DNA of 64,000 bases from Anaeramoeba ignava BMAN (taxonomy: Eukaryota > Protista > Anaeramoebae): NCBI GenBank assembly GCA_028826165.1, contig JAPDFW010000094.1, positions 62,001 to 126,000 on the forward strand, given 5' to 3'. Below the pieces are notes generated by a model. It did not search any database, was not told where the DNA came from, and was given only the letters and a program-made list of their open reading frames with translations. Positions within the stretch are counted from its first letter, which is position 1. The number at the start of each line of letters is the position of its first letter. The position numbers and the translations under genes were made by a program. This document shows, piece after piece, positions 49,801 to 64,000 of this stretch.

Positions 49801-51599
49801 TTTTTTTGAATTTCAAATTTATTTTTAATTTTATTTTTTTGAATTTGATTTTTTTGAATTTCAAATTGATTTTGATTTTGATTTTGATTTTGATTTTGAT
49901 TTTGATTTTCAATTTGATTTTGATTTTCATTTTGATTTTGATTTTCAATTTGATTTTGATTTTCATTTTCATTTTGATTTTGATTTTGATTTTGATTTTG
50001 ATTTTGATTTTCAATTTCAATTTGATTTTGATTTTGATTTTTATTTTCAATTTGAATTTGATTTTGATTTTTGATTTTGATTTTGATTTTGATTTTCATT
50101 TTGAATTTGAATTTGAATTTGATTTTGATTTTGATTTTGATTTTGATTTTCAATTTGATTTTGATTTTGATTTTTATTTTCAATTTGATTTTGATTTTCA
50201 TTTTCAATTTGATTTTGATTTTCATTTTCATTTTGATTTTCATTTTCATTTTCATTTTGATTTTCATTTTCATTTTCATTTTCATTTTGATTTTGATTTT
50301 CAATTTGATTTTGATTTTCATTTTCATTTTGATTTTGATTTTGATTTTGATTTTGATTTTGATTTTCAATTTCAATTTGATTTTGATTTTGATTTTTATT
50401 TTCAATTTGAATTTGATTTTGATTTTGATTTTGATTTTGATTTTCATTTTCAATTTCATTTTGATTTTGATTTTCATTTTGATTTTTATTTTGAATTTGA
50501 TTTTCAATTTGATTTTGATTTTGATTTTCATTTTTATTTTGAATTTGATTTTGATTTTGATTTTGATTTTGATTTTCAATTTGATTTTGATTTTGATTTT
50601 GATTTTGATTTTTATTTTGAATTTGATTTTCATTTTCATTTTCATTTTCAAATTCATTTTGATTTTGATTTTGATTTTGATTTTCATTTTCAATTTCAAT
50701 TTTATTTTCATTTTCAATTTGATTTTGATTTTGATTTTGATTTTGATTTTGATTTTGATTTTCATTTTGATTTTCATTTTCATTTTCATTTTGATTTTCT
50801 AATTGATTTTGATTGATATTTGGAAATAATAATAAATAATTATCAAAAAGCCAAAATGAAGTAACAAAATTTTTCATTTCTTTCCAACTTTTTTTCATTT
50901 GATAAATCCAATAATTATAAAATAATTTATCCTTATAAACCAATTTAATTGGAATTGAATTAAAAATATCAAATAAATTTTGAAAATCTAAAAAATTAGA
51001 AATTTTTCGAATCTTTCCTAAATTTGAATAATCCAAAGGCAAAAAAGAATTCAAATCATTAAAAAGATTTGAAACATGGTTTTCTGAGTTTGATTTATTG
51101 TTTGAATCTTGAAATTCTTTATCAATATCTGGAAATAATCTTTCACAAAATATAAAAATAATTCAAAACAAGAATTGAATATTTTTTTTGTTAATTCAAA
51201 AGAATTTTTAGAAGAATTTGATTTTGTTTTGAGATTTAGAATTGATAAGTAATAAATTTCTTGAATTTCATTATTTGGAACATTAATAACATTTTCATGG
51301 ATATTTTCTACAAAATTTTGATTAAAAAGATTTTGATATTTAAATTGAATAAAAAATTTTGTTTTTTTTTCTGGATTTTTAAAAGGAATTTTTCTTTCCC
51401 AAAAAGTAAAATTTTGATTTAAAAAAGAAGAAGAATCATTTTTTCTTTGAATAAAAAATCTCATTTCATTTATAAAAGTAATTGGAGATTCAAAAATTTG
51501 AATTGAAATTTTTGCAAATTTTGATAATTGATTTGAATTATTAATATTTATAAAAGAAATTTTAGAATTAAAATTATAATTAAAATTTTGATTTAACAT
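46833..51599 (-). CDS. Large protein with long (NQ/NE)n tract and degenerate RNF213/mysterin-like AAA module; apparent frameshifts ~51063 and ~50070
   Basis: YLLTYEDILNIILLQFPFKFSIPIVLISE, YLIFENLHLA, ALILSLFICF, FLKNFLFEFISSFSGVPFIICNPQKEPKT and VVLHID appear in RNF213 block order. Confidence 0.55.
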
Positions 51600-51820
51600 T
51601 TTTTTTTTAAAAGGAAAAGGAAAAGGAAAAAAATGAAAATTAAAAAAGGAAAAAAAAAATAATTTATTTTAAAATCGTTTATTTTAATTTATATTTTTTG
51701 TTTTAATTTCGTTTCAAATTTTTTAAAAATTAGAAAAAGCAAAAAAAAAAGCAAAAAAAAAAGTGGAACAAAAAAAATTCAAATCAAAAAAAAGATAAAA
51801 AATTTTTTTATCAATTATTA

Positions 51821-53477
<1,657 letters not shown>

Positions 53478-53713
53478 TTTTATTAAAGAATATAATGGAA
53501 AAAATATTTAAAAAAAAAGGAAAAAATGAAAATTTTTTTTTTAATTTTTTTTTAATTTTAATTTTTTAATAACACGTTTATTAATAAAATTAAATAAAAA
53601 AAAAAAAAAGGAGAAAAAATAAATTAATTAAAAAGGAGAAAAATTATTTTTTTTTTAATTTTTTTTTTCATTTTTTTTTTTCATTTTTCCTTTTCCTTTT
53701 TTAAAAAAATAAA

Positions 53714-55695
53714 ATGAAAAATTATTGGATTTTTTTAATTCTTTTAAATTTAATTTTCATTTCTTATTCTAAACCTTTTGAAAATTCAAAAACTTTAGTT
53801 CTTTTAGATGATCTTTCAGAAAAATATCTTTTTTCAAATTTTTTTAATTTTTTAGAAGGTTTTTTAATTTAAAATTATTTTTATTATTTTTATCACAAAA
53901 TTTAAAAAAAAAATTTTTTTTCTTTTTTTCTTTTAATAATTTTATTTCTAAAAAGAAAATGGATATGAATTAGATTTTCATACTCCAAATGATCCAAGTT
54001 TATCTTTTAAAAAATTTGGCAAATTTACATATAATCAATTAATAATTTTTTCACCTAGATTTGAAGGTAAACAATTAATATAAATTTTATAAATGAATTT
54101 TAATTTTAATTTTATAAATGAATTTTAATTTTAATTTTAATTTTAATTTTAATTTCAATTTTAATTTTAATTTCAAAATGAATTTTAATTATAATTTTAA
54201 TTTTATAAATGAATTTTAATTTTAAATTCAAAATGAATTTTAATTTTAATTTTAATTTTAATTTTATATTCAAAATGAATTTTTAATTTTAATTTTAATT
54301 TTAATTTTAATTTTAATTTTATAAATGAATTTTAATTTTAAATTCAAAATAATTTTTATAAATAATTTTGTTTTAAAAAAGAACCAACAATTGAAGTTTC
54401 AACTATTGTTGATTTTATTGATGATGGACATGATGTAATTATTGGACTTTCATCTGAAAGTTCTGATGAATTAAACAATTTAGCAAATCAATGTGGAATT
54501 CAACTTGATGGAGAAGGAACAGCAGTTATTGATCATTTTTCTTTCCATGAACCTCTTGATAAATCAATGCATCATACAACTATTATTGCTAAAGACTTTA
54601 TTGATTCAAAAGTTATGTTGGGTAAATATGATCCTAAAGAAATGGCTCCTGTTATTTTTAAAGGAATTGGAATGAAAATTAATCAAGAATCAAATCTTTT
54701 ATTTAAGTAAAAAAAAAAATTCATTAACTTGAAATTTGTTAATGGAAATTTTTAATTCAAAAAAAAATTTATTTTCTAAATTTTATAAATTTTATTTTTA
54801 AAGAGTTTTGACAGGTTCTCCTTCTTCTTATTCATTTTATATTGATGAATCTATTGAAGATGAAGAGTTATTTACAGTTGGAACAAAAACTTCACTTGTT
54901 TTAGCACTTCAAACAAGAAAAGGATCAAGAGTTTTATTTTCAGGATCACGAGAAATGTTTTCTGATGAGTATTTTTTAATTTTTTAATTTTTTTAAATTT
55001 TTTAAATTGATTTTAAATTGATTTTAATTGAAATTTAGATTTTTTGATTCTAATATTGGATCTCAAAAATCTGGAAATCAAATATTTTGTCAAGAAATTT
55101 CTTTATGGACTTTTAGAGAAAGAGGATATATTCAAGTTAAAGAATTTACTCATCATAAATTAGGAGAAGCTGAACCACAAAAATTTTATGTTGTTTTAGA
55201 AACAATGGTAAAAAAAAATAATAAAATATTATCTAAATATTATTTATTTGAAACTTTCATGTAATTGAAAAATTTTTTGAATATTAAATTAAATATTTTT
55301 TTTTTGATAATAAATAGGAAACATATATAAGTTTAGTTGAATGGAATGGAAATGAATGGGTTTCTTTTGAACCAAATGATTTACAATTAGAATTTATTAT
55401 GCTTGATCCATATGTTCGAACAACAATGAAATTTGATGAAAAACTACAATTATTCTCAACATCTTTTCAAGTACCAAACAGACATGGAATATACAAATTA
55501 TTAGTTGAATATCAAAGAGTAGGATATAATTTAATTCATCAAGAAGAAATACTTCCAGTTACTCCTTATGCTGACCAATCAGCTCACCAATTTTTAACTT
55601 GTTCTCTTCCTTACTATTCTGGTAGTATTTCAATGCTTGTTGGTTTCCTTCTTTTCTCTCTTCTTTTACTTTACTACAAAGTTGATCCAAAATAA
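53714..55695 (+). CDS. DDOST: Oligosaccharyltransferase subunit OST48/Wbp1; 6 exons
   Basis: Signal peptide, TLVLLDD, FIDDGHDV, AVIDHF, LQTRKGSRVLFSGS, LQLEFIMLDPYVR, C-terminal TM. Confidence 0.9.
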
Positions 55696-55818
55696 CTTTT
55701 TTTTTTCAATTTTTTTTCTTTCTAACAAAAACAATTTAATTTTCATCAAACTCAACAACAAAAATAAACCAATTTCTCTTTTTTCATCTTTATTTCTCTT
55801 TTTTCATATTTTTTCCAA

Positions 55819-57753
55819 TTATTTGAAAATGAATGATTCAAATTGATCTTTCATTTCTAAATTTAAAAAAAATAAAAAAGATTTAATACTTTTTTTTTTT
55901 GGATTGTTTTGTTTTTATTTTACCTTGAAGTTCTTTTTCTAATTCAGAAAAATTTAATCTTTCATTTTCAGAATTATTTTTATAAAAATTGATATTTGAT
56001 AAATTTTTTGAGGAATTAAAAAATTTTTCTTGATTTAATTGATCCATTTCTTTTTTAGAATTAAATTTAAATTGTTTATTATATTTTGGAGATTGAAAAT
56101 GTTTTTGATCTATTCAAAAAATAATAAAAATAAGAACAAAAATGAGAATAAAATAAAAATTTTTAAAATTAAATTAAATTAAATTTTCATACTTAAATCA
56201 TCTCCAATTAAATTATTGTTTGATTTGGAAAAATTTAATCTAAATTTTGAAGAAATATTATTATTCATTTTTTCTTCATCTTTTCGAAATGAATTTTGGA
56301 AATTTAATTGATCAGAAAAACCATCAATTTGATCTTGAAATTCAGTTGTTTCTAAATTTGATTTAATTTGATGAAACATTTTTTCATATTTATTCAATTG
56401 ATTTTGCAAAGAATGTGAATTAGCTTTTTCTTTTTTGATTAAATTTGAAAGAATTTCATTTTCTTTTTTTAATTCTTGATTATTTTGAATTGTTTGATTT
56501 AAATTAGATCTCAAAAAATTCATTTCATTTTGAATTTTTTCGATAATAAAACTATTTGAGGAAAAAGTGGAATCAAAATTATTAATTGAGTGATTTTCGA
56601 TGATATTTTTTAATTTGTTATTTTCTTTTTGTAATTCTTCAAATTGAGATTTTATTGAATCGAAATCAATCAAAAGTTGATTTTTCAATGCAATTTCATT
56701 ATTTAATTTTTGGATTTCCTTTTTTGAATATTCAAGATTACTCGCAAGAAAATTAATTTGAGATTCCAATTTTAAATTTTTTTTGATTAGTTTCTGAAAA
56801 TCATTGAATATTTTCTCATTTTCTTGATTTGGGAAAAATTGTAATTTTGAGGATTGATTTAATTTGATTTGAATATCTTGATTTTCTTTATCCAAAATTT
56901 GCAAACTATTTTTTAAACTTTCGTTTTCTTGATGAAGAGATTGATTTTCTTGCATTATTTTTTGGATTTCTTGTTGATGAAGATTTTTTGTTTGATTAAT
57001 TTTTTGGGAAATATTTTCTTTAAGAAAACCAATTATTTTTTTCAATTTTGAATTTTTTTCATGTAATTCCTTGTTTTTTTCTTCAGTTTCAATTACTAAA
57101 TTATATTGTTTTGTTAATTCTTGATTTAATTCCGAAATTATTCTATTTTTTTCTGATTGATTCATTGAGTCTTGATTTCCAACATTTAAAACTTGAGAAT
57201 TATTAAAACTAATTGAATTTCTTGAAAAATCTTCAAAATTTTGATTGATTTGCAAATCAAATAATTTCTTCTTTAAATTTTCAATTTCTTTTAAATTATT
57301 TTCATTATTTTTTAAGAGATTTTGGTTTTGATTTTTTGTTTTAAGAATTTCAACTTCATTTTTAGTTTGAATTTGTTTTAATCCATTTAATTCATAATTT
57401 AATCTTTGATTTTCTTTTTGAAGTAAAGTAGATTTTTTTTGATGAAGTTGATCTTTTTTTTTATTTGGAATTTTTTGGTATTTTTCGATAATATTTTGTA
57501 AATTTTCATTAAAATTTGTTTCATTAAAATTTGTTTCATTAAAATTTGTTTCATTAAAATTTGTTTCATTTAAATTTGTTTCATTTAAAATTTGTTTCAT
57601 TTAAATTTGGAGGAAAAAACTATTTTAAAAAAATTGTTTGTTTTTAAATTAATTTTAGATAATTTTTTTTTATATAAAATTTACATCATTTTTTTCATTT
57701 TCAAATTTTTGTAAATAATTTCTTCTTTTAAAATTAAAATAATAATTTTCCAT
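55819..57753 (-). CDS. Hypothetical coiled-coil protein with (NETNF)n repeat; exon boundaries approximate
   Basis: Core ORF 56179-57600 plus probable flanking exons with GT-AG junctions. Confidence 0.5.
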
Positions 57754-57874
57754 TTCAAAAAGAAAAATAATAAAAATGAAAGTAAAAAAATGAAAAAAAA
57801 AAGTGGAACAAAAAAAAATGGAAAAAAAAAATTTTTTTATTTTGAAAAGAAAGAAAAAAAAACGGTTGAGTTTT

Positions 57875-58678
57875 TTATAAGCTTATCAAATAAACAAAAA
57901 GAAGAAAAATTGGATAAGCAAGAAGATATTTCTTTCCAGAAACATGAAAATCGATTTGGGGAATCAAAGTAGAAGCGCAATAAGTAGAATATAAAATGGA
58001 AAAGAAAAAAATCAAATAAGAAAAAAAAGTAACGGAATTTCCAAGAAAATAAAAAAGAAGAAGATTAAGAATATTTGCAATAGTCATTGGAGTCAAAGAG
58101 TAACCAATAATTGAAAGAGCTCTTGAGAACGAGCATTTTGAACCAAGAAAAGTGGAAACATAAGATATGAATAAAGAACCAACAAACCAAACAAAAATGA
58201 TCCAAATAGTTCCTTTAAATTTTAATGAACTTGAAAAAACTGAAAATAATAAAGAACAAATAAGCGGACCCCAAAAATCATCTGAATCATCTTCCATATC
58301 AATTAAATTACTGTCTGAATTTAGTTTTTGGTTTTCATAATCTGGTAAATAATCCTTTTCTCCAAAAATATTATAATTTTTAGAAGGTTGAAATATTGCA
58401 AGTGATTTTTCAACTAATTTTTTTGGATTGATTTCTAATTCTTCTAATATTGACATTTCTTCATCTTCATCTTCACTTTCTTGTTCATCTGCTGATAAAA
58501 TCCATCCATATTTTTGTTGTAAATATTTAGCTCCTAATTTTGTTATTAAATTATTTCCCATTTCATTTTCTTTTTTTCCTGTTTTTTCTTCGTTTTCTTT
58601 TGGTATTATTTCATTCGCTATAAATTCAAGTGAATTTTCTTCAAATTTATCTTCATTTTTATTTGGATCTTCTGCCAT
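57875..58678 (-). CDS. Yip1-domain Golgi membrane protein (YIPF4-like)
   Basis: YGWIL..EE..SILEELEINP, DFWGPL, IIGYSLTP, KYLLAYPIFL. The likely true start is MAEDP at 58678; the ORF extension upstream is an Inr-like repeat. Confidence 0.82.
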   Translation of the reverse strand: MAEDPNKNEDKFEENSLEFIANEIIPKENEEKTGKKENEMGNNLITKLGAKYLQQKYGWILSADEQESEDEDEEMSILEELEINPKKLVEKSLAIFQPSKNYNIFGEKDYLPDYENQKLNSDSNLIDMEDDSDDFWGPLICSLLFSVFSSSLKFKGTIWIIFVWFVGSLFISYVSTFLGSKCSFSRALSIIGYSLTPMTIANILNLLLFYFLGNSVTFFSYLIFFFSILYSTYCASTLIPQIDFHVSGKKYLLAYPIFLLFVYLISL

Positions 58679-58689
58679 TTTTATTTTTA

Positions 58690-58790
58690 TAAAAAAATGA
58701 AAAAAATGAAAAAAATGAAAAAATGAAAAAATGAAAAAATGAAAAAAATGAAAAATGAAAAATGAAAAAAATGAAAAAATGAAAAAAATT
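58690..58790 (-). promoter_or_regulatory. Tandem TTTTCATTTT initiator-like array upstream of the Yip1-family gene
   Basis: About 11 copies immediately 5' of the ATG; the same motif precedes most ATGs in the window. Confidence 0.6.
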
Positions 58791-58818
58791 AAAATTCTTT
58801 TTGAAATTAATTTTGAAT

Positions 58819-60096
58819 TCAAGTCCAAGGATAAAAATTTGTAAATAATAAAGGACCAACAAAACTGAAAATCAAAAAATAAGCAATTAAAAATAAAGAA
58901 AATTTTCTAAATTTAGGATTCATAACAACTTCAGCAGCAAACCAATAAATAAAAGGACTTGAAGAAGACAAAAATCTTGTTATAACTTGAACATGCATAA
59001 TGAATAAACCAAATAAAGTTAAAAAAAGTAAATGAAAAGTATGAACAAGAACATTTTTGGAAGTAAAAAATTGGAAATCGGAATTTTTATCAGGAAAAAA
59101 ACCAATAGTTAAAACATTGAAGAAATCCTTTTTCCAAGAATAAAAAATCCCCAACAATGAAATTAAAACAATTGGAAAAGCCAGTAAAAAATTTGGAATT
59201 TGTAGAAATGTATAATAATTTAAAAATCCAACATTCCAATAGTGATTTTGAACATAACCATAAATACTTGGAATGGTGTTGTTGCACCAAGAAGGAACGC
59301 CTGTTGTGTTCTTGATAAATTCAGACAGGCAAAATTGCTTATAAGCATAAAATTGATAGACAATATTTGGGATCATAATTAAAACTACTGCAAAAAGTGA
59401 CTGAAAAATTATAACTAAGAAATCAGTTATTTTTCTTGCAATTTTAAATCTGTGAAGTGAATCAAAAAGAATAAATCCTGCATTGATCATCCCATTAGAT
59501 CGTGTTGCGCCAGAAAGCATGAAACAAATTATAGAAAGTAAATAACGGAAAAAATTTCTGCCGGAATTTCCCGTATTTTTTTCACTTGTGTTTAAAAAAT
59601 AAATCCCAGCAAAAGTAAACAAAGCAAATTGACTTTCTGTATAAATGACTGTCATAAAAATATTTGCAGGTGATAAACAAAACATTAATGTTGAAATGAC
59701 AGAAAATTTTTCGTTTTTTGATAAATGTAACGTTAATTTAAACATTAAAATTGCTGCCAAAATGTTTGATAAATTTGAAATTAAAACTCCAGCTAAAAAT
59801 TCAGGATTTTCTAAAAATTCAAAAGAAAATGGCAAATTTTGTTGTAAAAATGATATAAATTTTGATGTTTGATTGATAAGAATTGGATAAAGTGGATAAA
59901 ATGCAAATGATTGTTCATTTTCATATTTATATTTTGATATTCTTAAAAAATATATTGAATCCCATCTTGCTAAATTTGAAAATATTCCTTTTTTTGGACC
60001 TGAACTATCATAATCTTCAAAAAATTCACCAAGAATTAAACTGTATGAAATGTAAATTATTCTGAATAAAATTATTGATAAAATTATTTTTTTCAT
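58819..60096 (-). CDS. PIGV: GPI mannosyltransferase 2
   Basis: RWDSIYFLRI, EQSFAFYPLYP, SPANIF..YTES, RSNG, YVQNHYWNVGFL..QIPNFLLA, HVQVITRF, FYPWT. Confidence 0.93.
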   Translation of the reverse strand: MKKIILSIILFRIIYISYSLILGEFFEDYDSSGPKKGIFSNLARWDSIYFLRISKYKYENEQSFAFYPLYPILINQTSKFISFLQQNLPFSFEFLENPEFLAGVLISNLSNILAAILMFKLTLHLSKNEKFSVISTLMFCLSPANIFMTVIYTESQFALFTFAGIYFLNTSEKNTGNSGRNFFRYLLSIICFMLSGATRSNGMINAGFILFDSLHRFKIARKITDFLVIIFQSLFAVVLIMIPNIVYQFYAYKQFCLSEFIKNTTGVPSWCNNTIPSIYGYVQNHYWNVGFLNYYTFLQIPNFLLAFPIVLISLLGIFYSWKKDFFNVLTIGFFPDKNSDFQFFTSKNVLVHTFHLLFLTLFGLFIMHVQVITRFLSSSSPFIYWFAAEVVMNPKFRKFSLFLIAYFLIFSFVGPLLFTNFYPWT

Positions 60097-60308
60097 TTTA
60101 TTATTTCTTTCTTTATTAAAATTATTTGAAGAAAAGAAAAAAAATGAAATTTTTTAATTTTCAAAAAATTTTTTTTTATTTTTTTTTTTTTAATTATTCT
60201 TCTTTTTTTAAAAAATTCTCCAATAAAATTGTTTTGGAAAATAAATTAAAAGAAAAGAAAAGAAAAGAAAAGAAAAGAATCAAATTTTATTTAAAATGTT
60301 TTTGTTTA

Positions 60309-63300
60309 TCAAAATTTTTTTTTGATTATTTTTTTCTTTCCAATTTTCCAAATTTCAATTCTTGTAATCATAAATCTTTTTTGAGAACATAATTGAGGAT
60401 TATTAAAAGTTTCACAAAAATCAGAAGCACCTTCATAAAGGTTTTTATTAAACCAAATTCCATAATGCGAACTAAAAAATTAAATTTCAAAATGAATTTC
60501 AAAATGAATTTTAATTTTAATTTTAATTATAATTTTAATTTTAATTTTAATTTTAATTTTGATTATAATTTTAATTTTAATTTTAATTCTAATTTCAATT
60601 TTAATTTGAATTATAATTTTAATTTTAATTATAATTTTAATTTTAATTTTAATTTTAATTTTAATTTTAATTTCAAAATGAATTTTAAAATGAATTTTAA
60701 TTTTAATTTTAATTTTAATTTTAATTTTAATTTTAATTTTAAATTTCATTTTAATTTTAAATTTAAATATAATTTTAATTTTAAATTTCAAAATGAATTT
60801 TAATTTTAATTCCAATTTTAATTTTAATTTTAATTTTAATTATAATTTTAATTTTAATTTTAAATTTAATTTTAATTTTAATTTCAATTTTAATTTTAAA
60901 ATGAATTTTAATTTTAATTTTAAATTTAATTCTAATTCTAATTTCAATTTACCCTCCTCCAAATGCAAATGTTTGTTTTGTTGATAATACAAAAAAGGAA
61001 TTTCTTCTTGTCCAACGAAATACTTGAAAATGTGGATAAAAAGTAAATAAAAACATTCTTCCTGAACCATAATAATGTGGATCTTGTTTTAAAGAAACAG
61101 CAAGATAAGTTCCAAAAACCTTTCAAATCAAATTAAATATTTAAATTAAAATCAAATATTTAAATTAAAATCAAATTAAATATTTAAATTAAAATCAAAT
61201 TAAATATTTAAATTAAAATCAAATATTTAAATTAAAATCAAATTAAATATTTAAATTAAAATCAAATATTTAAATTAATATAAAATATTTAAATTAAATC
61301 AAATATTTAAATTCAAATTAAATATTTAAATTAAATCAAATATTTAAATTCAAATTAAATATTTAAATTCAAATCAAATCAAATATTTAAAATTAAAATC
61401 AAATTAAATATTTAAATTAAAATCAAATATTTAAATTAATATTTTGTTTACTTCTCCTTTCTCATTTTCAAAACAAATAATAATATCATCTTGTCCTTTT
61501 GTTTTTGTAAAAAATGTAGAAATTGCAGTTCCATGTTGTCCAGTTGAATAAAGTAATTCCCAATTTAATTTTTGTAATAATTTTGGTAACTCTTTATGAA
61601 TCTAAAAAAAAAGTGGAATAGAAAATTATTTTGTTTTTTTTTTTTAGATTTGAATAAATAAAACTTGAATTTAATAAATTTTAATTGAAAATTTAACTGA
61701 TTCAATTCTCTCTTCATTTAAAATTTCAGATTCATAATCAAGTTTAACTTTAAATTCTATTTGTTCTTTTTCAATAGTTTCACTTTCTTCTAAAATTTTT
61801 TCAATTTCTTGAGCTTTTTCAGCTTTTTCAGCTTCATCATGTTGAGCAACAACATCTTTCTTTTCTTTTTTTAAAATTTGTTGCATATCTGAACTAATTT
61901 CATTATGGAATTCAAATAAAAGTGGAGATGTTGATAAATTCTTTTTACTTTTTGAAAACCATTTATCTTTCATTTTTCGGAAAAATTTTTTCTTTTTCAT
62001 TTCAATTTCGTGATCTTCAGGTGGAAATGGTCTATTAACAAGACTGTGATGATCATGAAATACTTCGTCAATATAAAGATGAACTTTTTCATGAATTTTT
62101 TCAATTCTATTTTTTGATTTAAAAAGATATATTTTTATTTTATAAATATTTTTTGATTTATAAAGAGATATTTTTATGATATAAATATTTTTTGATTTAA
62201 AGAGATATATTTTTATTTTATATATATTTTTTGATATAAAAGGATATATTTATTTTATAAATATTTTTTGATTTAAAGAGATATATTTTTGTTATAAATA
62301 TTTTTTGGTTTAAAAAGATATATTTTTATTATAAATATTTTTTGATTTAAAAGGATAAATTTTTTTAATTTCCTTACTCAACTGCTCCTCCAATAAAATG
62401 TTGTGCTTCTCGACTTAATAAAACTATTTGTAAAATTTTCATTCCATGTCTTTTTATTTTTTTTTAAATAAATTTATTATTAATTTTAAATTTATTAATT
62501 TTAAATAAATTTATTATTATTTCTTTACTGATCATCTTCTGAAGTTTGAGGAGGTTGAATTATTAATGAATCAACAATTTGATGAATTTGAGCATGAAAA
62601 AAATATTGACTATAATGAGCATCTGAATGATCTAAAGCTAAAAAAAAAGGAAAAGAGAATAAAAGAGTATATTTCATGTAAATGAATATTTTTTTATGAA
62701 AAAAATAATATAAATATTAATATAAACCTAATTTTCCTGGTAAAGTTGGTTCATAAATGAAAAAATGAGGAGTTAATGTAATAACTCCAGGAATTTTCTT
62801 TCCAGGAACCCATAAGAAAACAGATTCTTTAACAATATTTTCATATTGTTCTACTTCATCATCTTCGAAATTTTGAGATGAAGTTTCTTCTTTGTCTGTT
62901 TGATTGAATGAATCTTCATGTTTCAATGTTATTATTGGTTCAACATTTGGAATATTATCTTCTAATATTTCTAAATTTTCATCATCTTGAAAAATATTCA
63001 TTTTATGCTTATATAAATTTTGCTTTTCTGATTGATTATTTGGTTCTTGGGAAATATTTTCGTTTATTTTTTTATTCTTTTTAATTTCCTTTTTTAATTT
63101 GAATTGAATTAAATTGAATTAAATTAAATTGAATTGAATTGAATATTGAATTAAATTAAATTGAATATTAAATTGAATTGAATTGAATATTAAATTGAAT
63201 ATTAAATTGAATATTAAATTGAATATTGAATTGAATATTAAATTGAATTAAATTGAATTAAATTGAATTGAATTGAATTGAATATTAAATTGAATTGAAT

Positions 63301-64000
63301 ATTAAATTGAATATTAAATTGAATTGAATATTAAATTAAATTGAATATTAAATTGAATATTAAATTAAATATTGAATTGAATATTAAATTAAATATTGAA
63401 TTGAATATTAAATTGAATTGAATTGAATATTAAATTGAATTGAATTGAATTAAATATTGAATTGAATTAAATTAAATTGAATTGAATTGTCGAATTGAAT
63501 TAAATATTGAATTGAATTAAATTAAATTGAATTGAATTGAATTGAATTGAATTGAATTAAATTGAATATTGAATTGAATTGAATTAAATATTAAATTAAA
63601 TTGAATTAAATATTAAATTAAATCGAATTAAATATTAAATTGAATTGAAATTAAATATTGAATTGAATATTGAATATTGAATTGAATATTGAATTAAATA
63701 TTAAATTGATTAAATATTGAATTGAATTGAATATTGAATTAAATTAAATATTGAATATTAAATTGAATATTGAATATTGAATATTGAATATTGAATATTG
63801 AATTGAATTGAATATTGAATTGAATATTGAATATTGAATTGAATTGAATTGAATTGAATATTGAATTGAATATTGAATTGAATTAAATTAAATATTGAAT
63901 TGAATTTTTTACATTTAAATTTGGACTTAAATTTGATTTTAAATTTGGACTTAAATTTGATTTTAAATTTGGACTTAAATTTGATTTTAAATTTGGACTT
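60309..64000 (-). CDS. OXR1/NCOA7-like protein (GRAM-like + TLDc), 3' part, multi-exon; begins beyond window end
   Basis: IPGVITLTPHFFIYEP (GRAM-like); WELLYSTGQHGTAISTF, VFGTY, YYGSGRMFLF, FAFGGGSHYGIW, CETFNNPQL, RIEIW (TLDc). 63913-64000 encodes (SPNLKSNL)n. Confidence 0.85.
62108..62365. repeat. Intronic minisatellite, ~35-bp unit, ~7 copies
   Basis: AAATATTTTTTGATTTAAAGAGATATATTTTT.. repeated. Confidence 0.8.

Noticed and set aside
58679-58828. Hydrophobic N-terminal extension of the Yip1-family ORF
   Set aside because: It is the translation of the TTTTCA promoter array.
63913-64000. Telomeric repeat at the window end
   Set aside because: The 24-nt unit is translatable and joins the OXR1-like gene via a canonical donor.

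Overview
Extremely AT-rich, intron-containing eukaryotic nuclear DNA using the standard genetic code. The BTB/kelch/TLDc expansions, N/Q microsatellite proteins and TCATTT initiator-like arrays suggest an anaerobic protist such as an Anaeramoeba-like metamonad; this is inference only. About 24 protein genes or fragments can be assembled by hand across canonical GT-AG introns: Bms1, syntaxin 18, serine carboxypeptidase, cathepsin X, F-box-TM protein, Vps28, TTI1, an RlaP/YcgL-type nucleotidyltransferase, kelch-BTB, TLDc proteins, an Atg31-like protein, PP6, a class IV aminotransferase, NSF, an RNF213-like pseudo-ATPase, Arf, OST48, Yip1-family, PIG-V and an OXR1-like gene. Most intergenic spacers are tiny, while many introns are inflated to 0.5-3 kb by A/T microsatellites; most short ORF-track calls are microsatellite artefacts. 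Highlights: (1) an 18.3-29.5 kb rearranged block with an inverted, terminally conserved ~1.7 kb unit that has swapped C-terminal domains, a duplicated synonymous-only first exon and a ~143-bp satellite; (2) an apparent non-fungal Atg31 homologue; (3) a 4-nt microexon beside a protease catalytic His; (4) a bacterial-type RlaP nucleotidyltransferase with a duplicated C-domain; (5) a Walker-dead RNF213-like protein. All family assignments come from motif recognition, not database searches.
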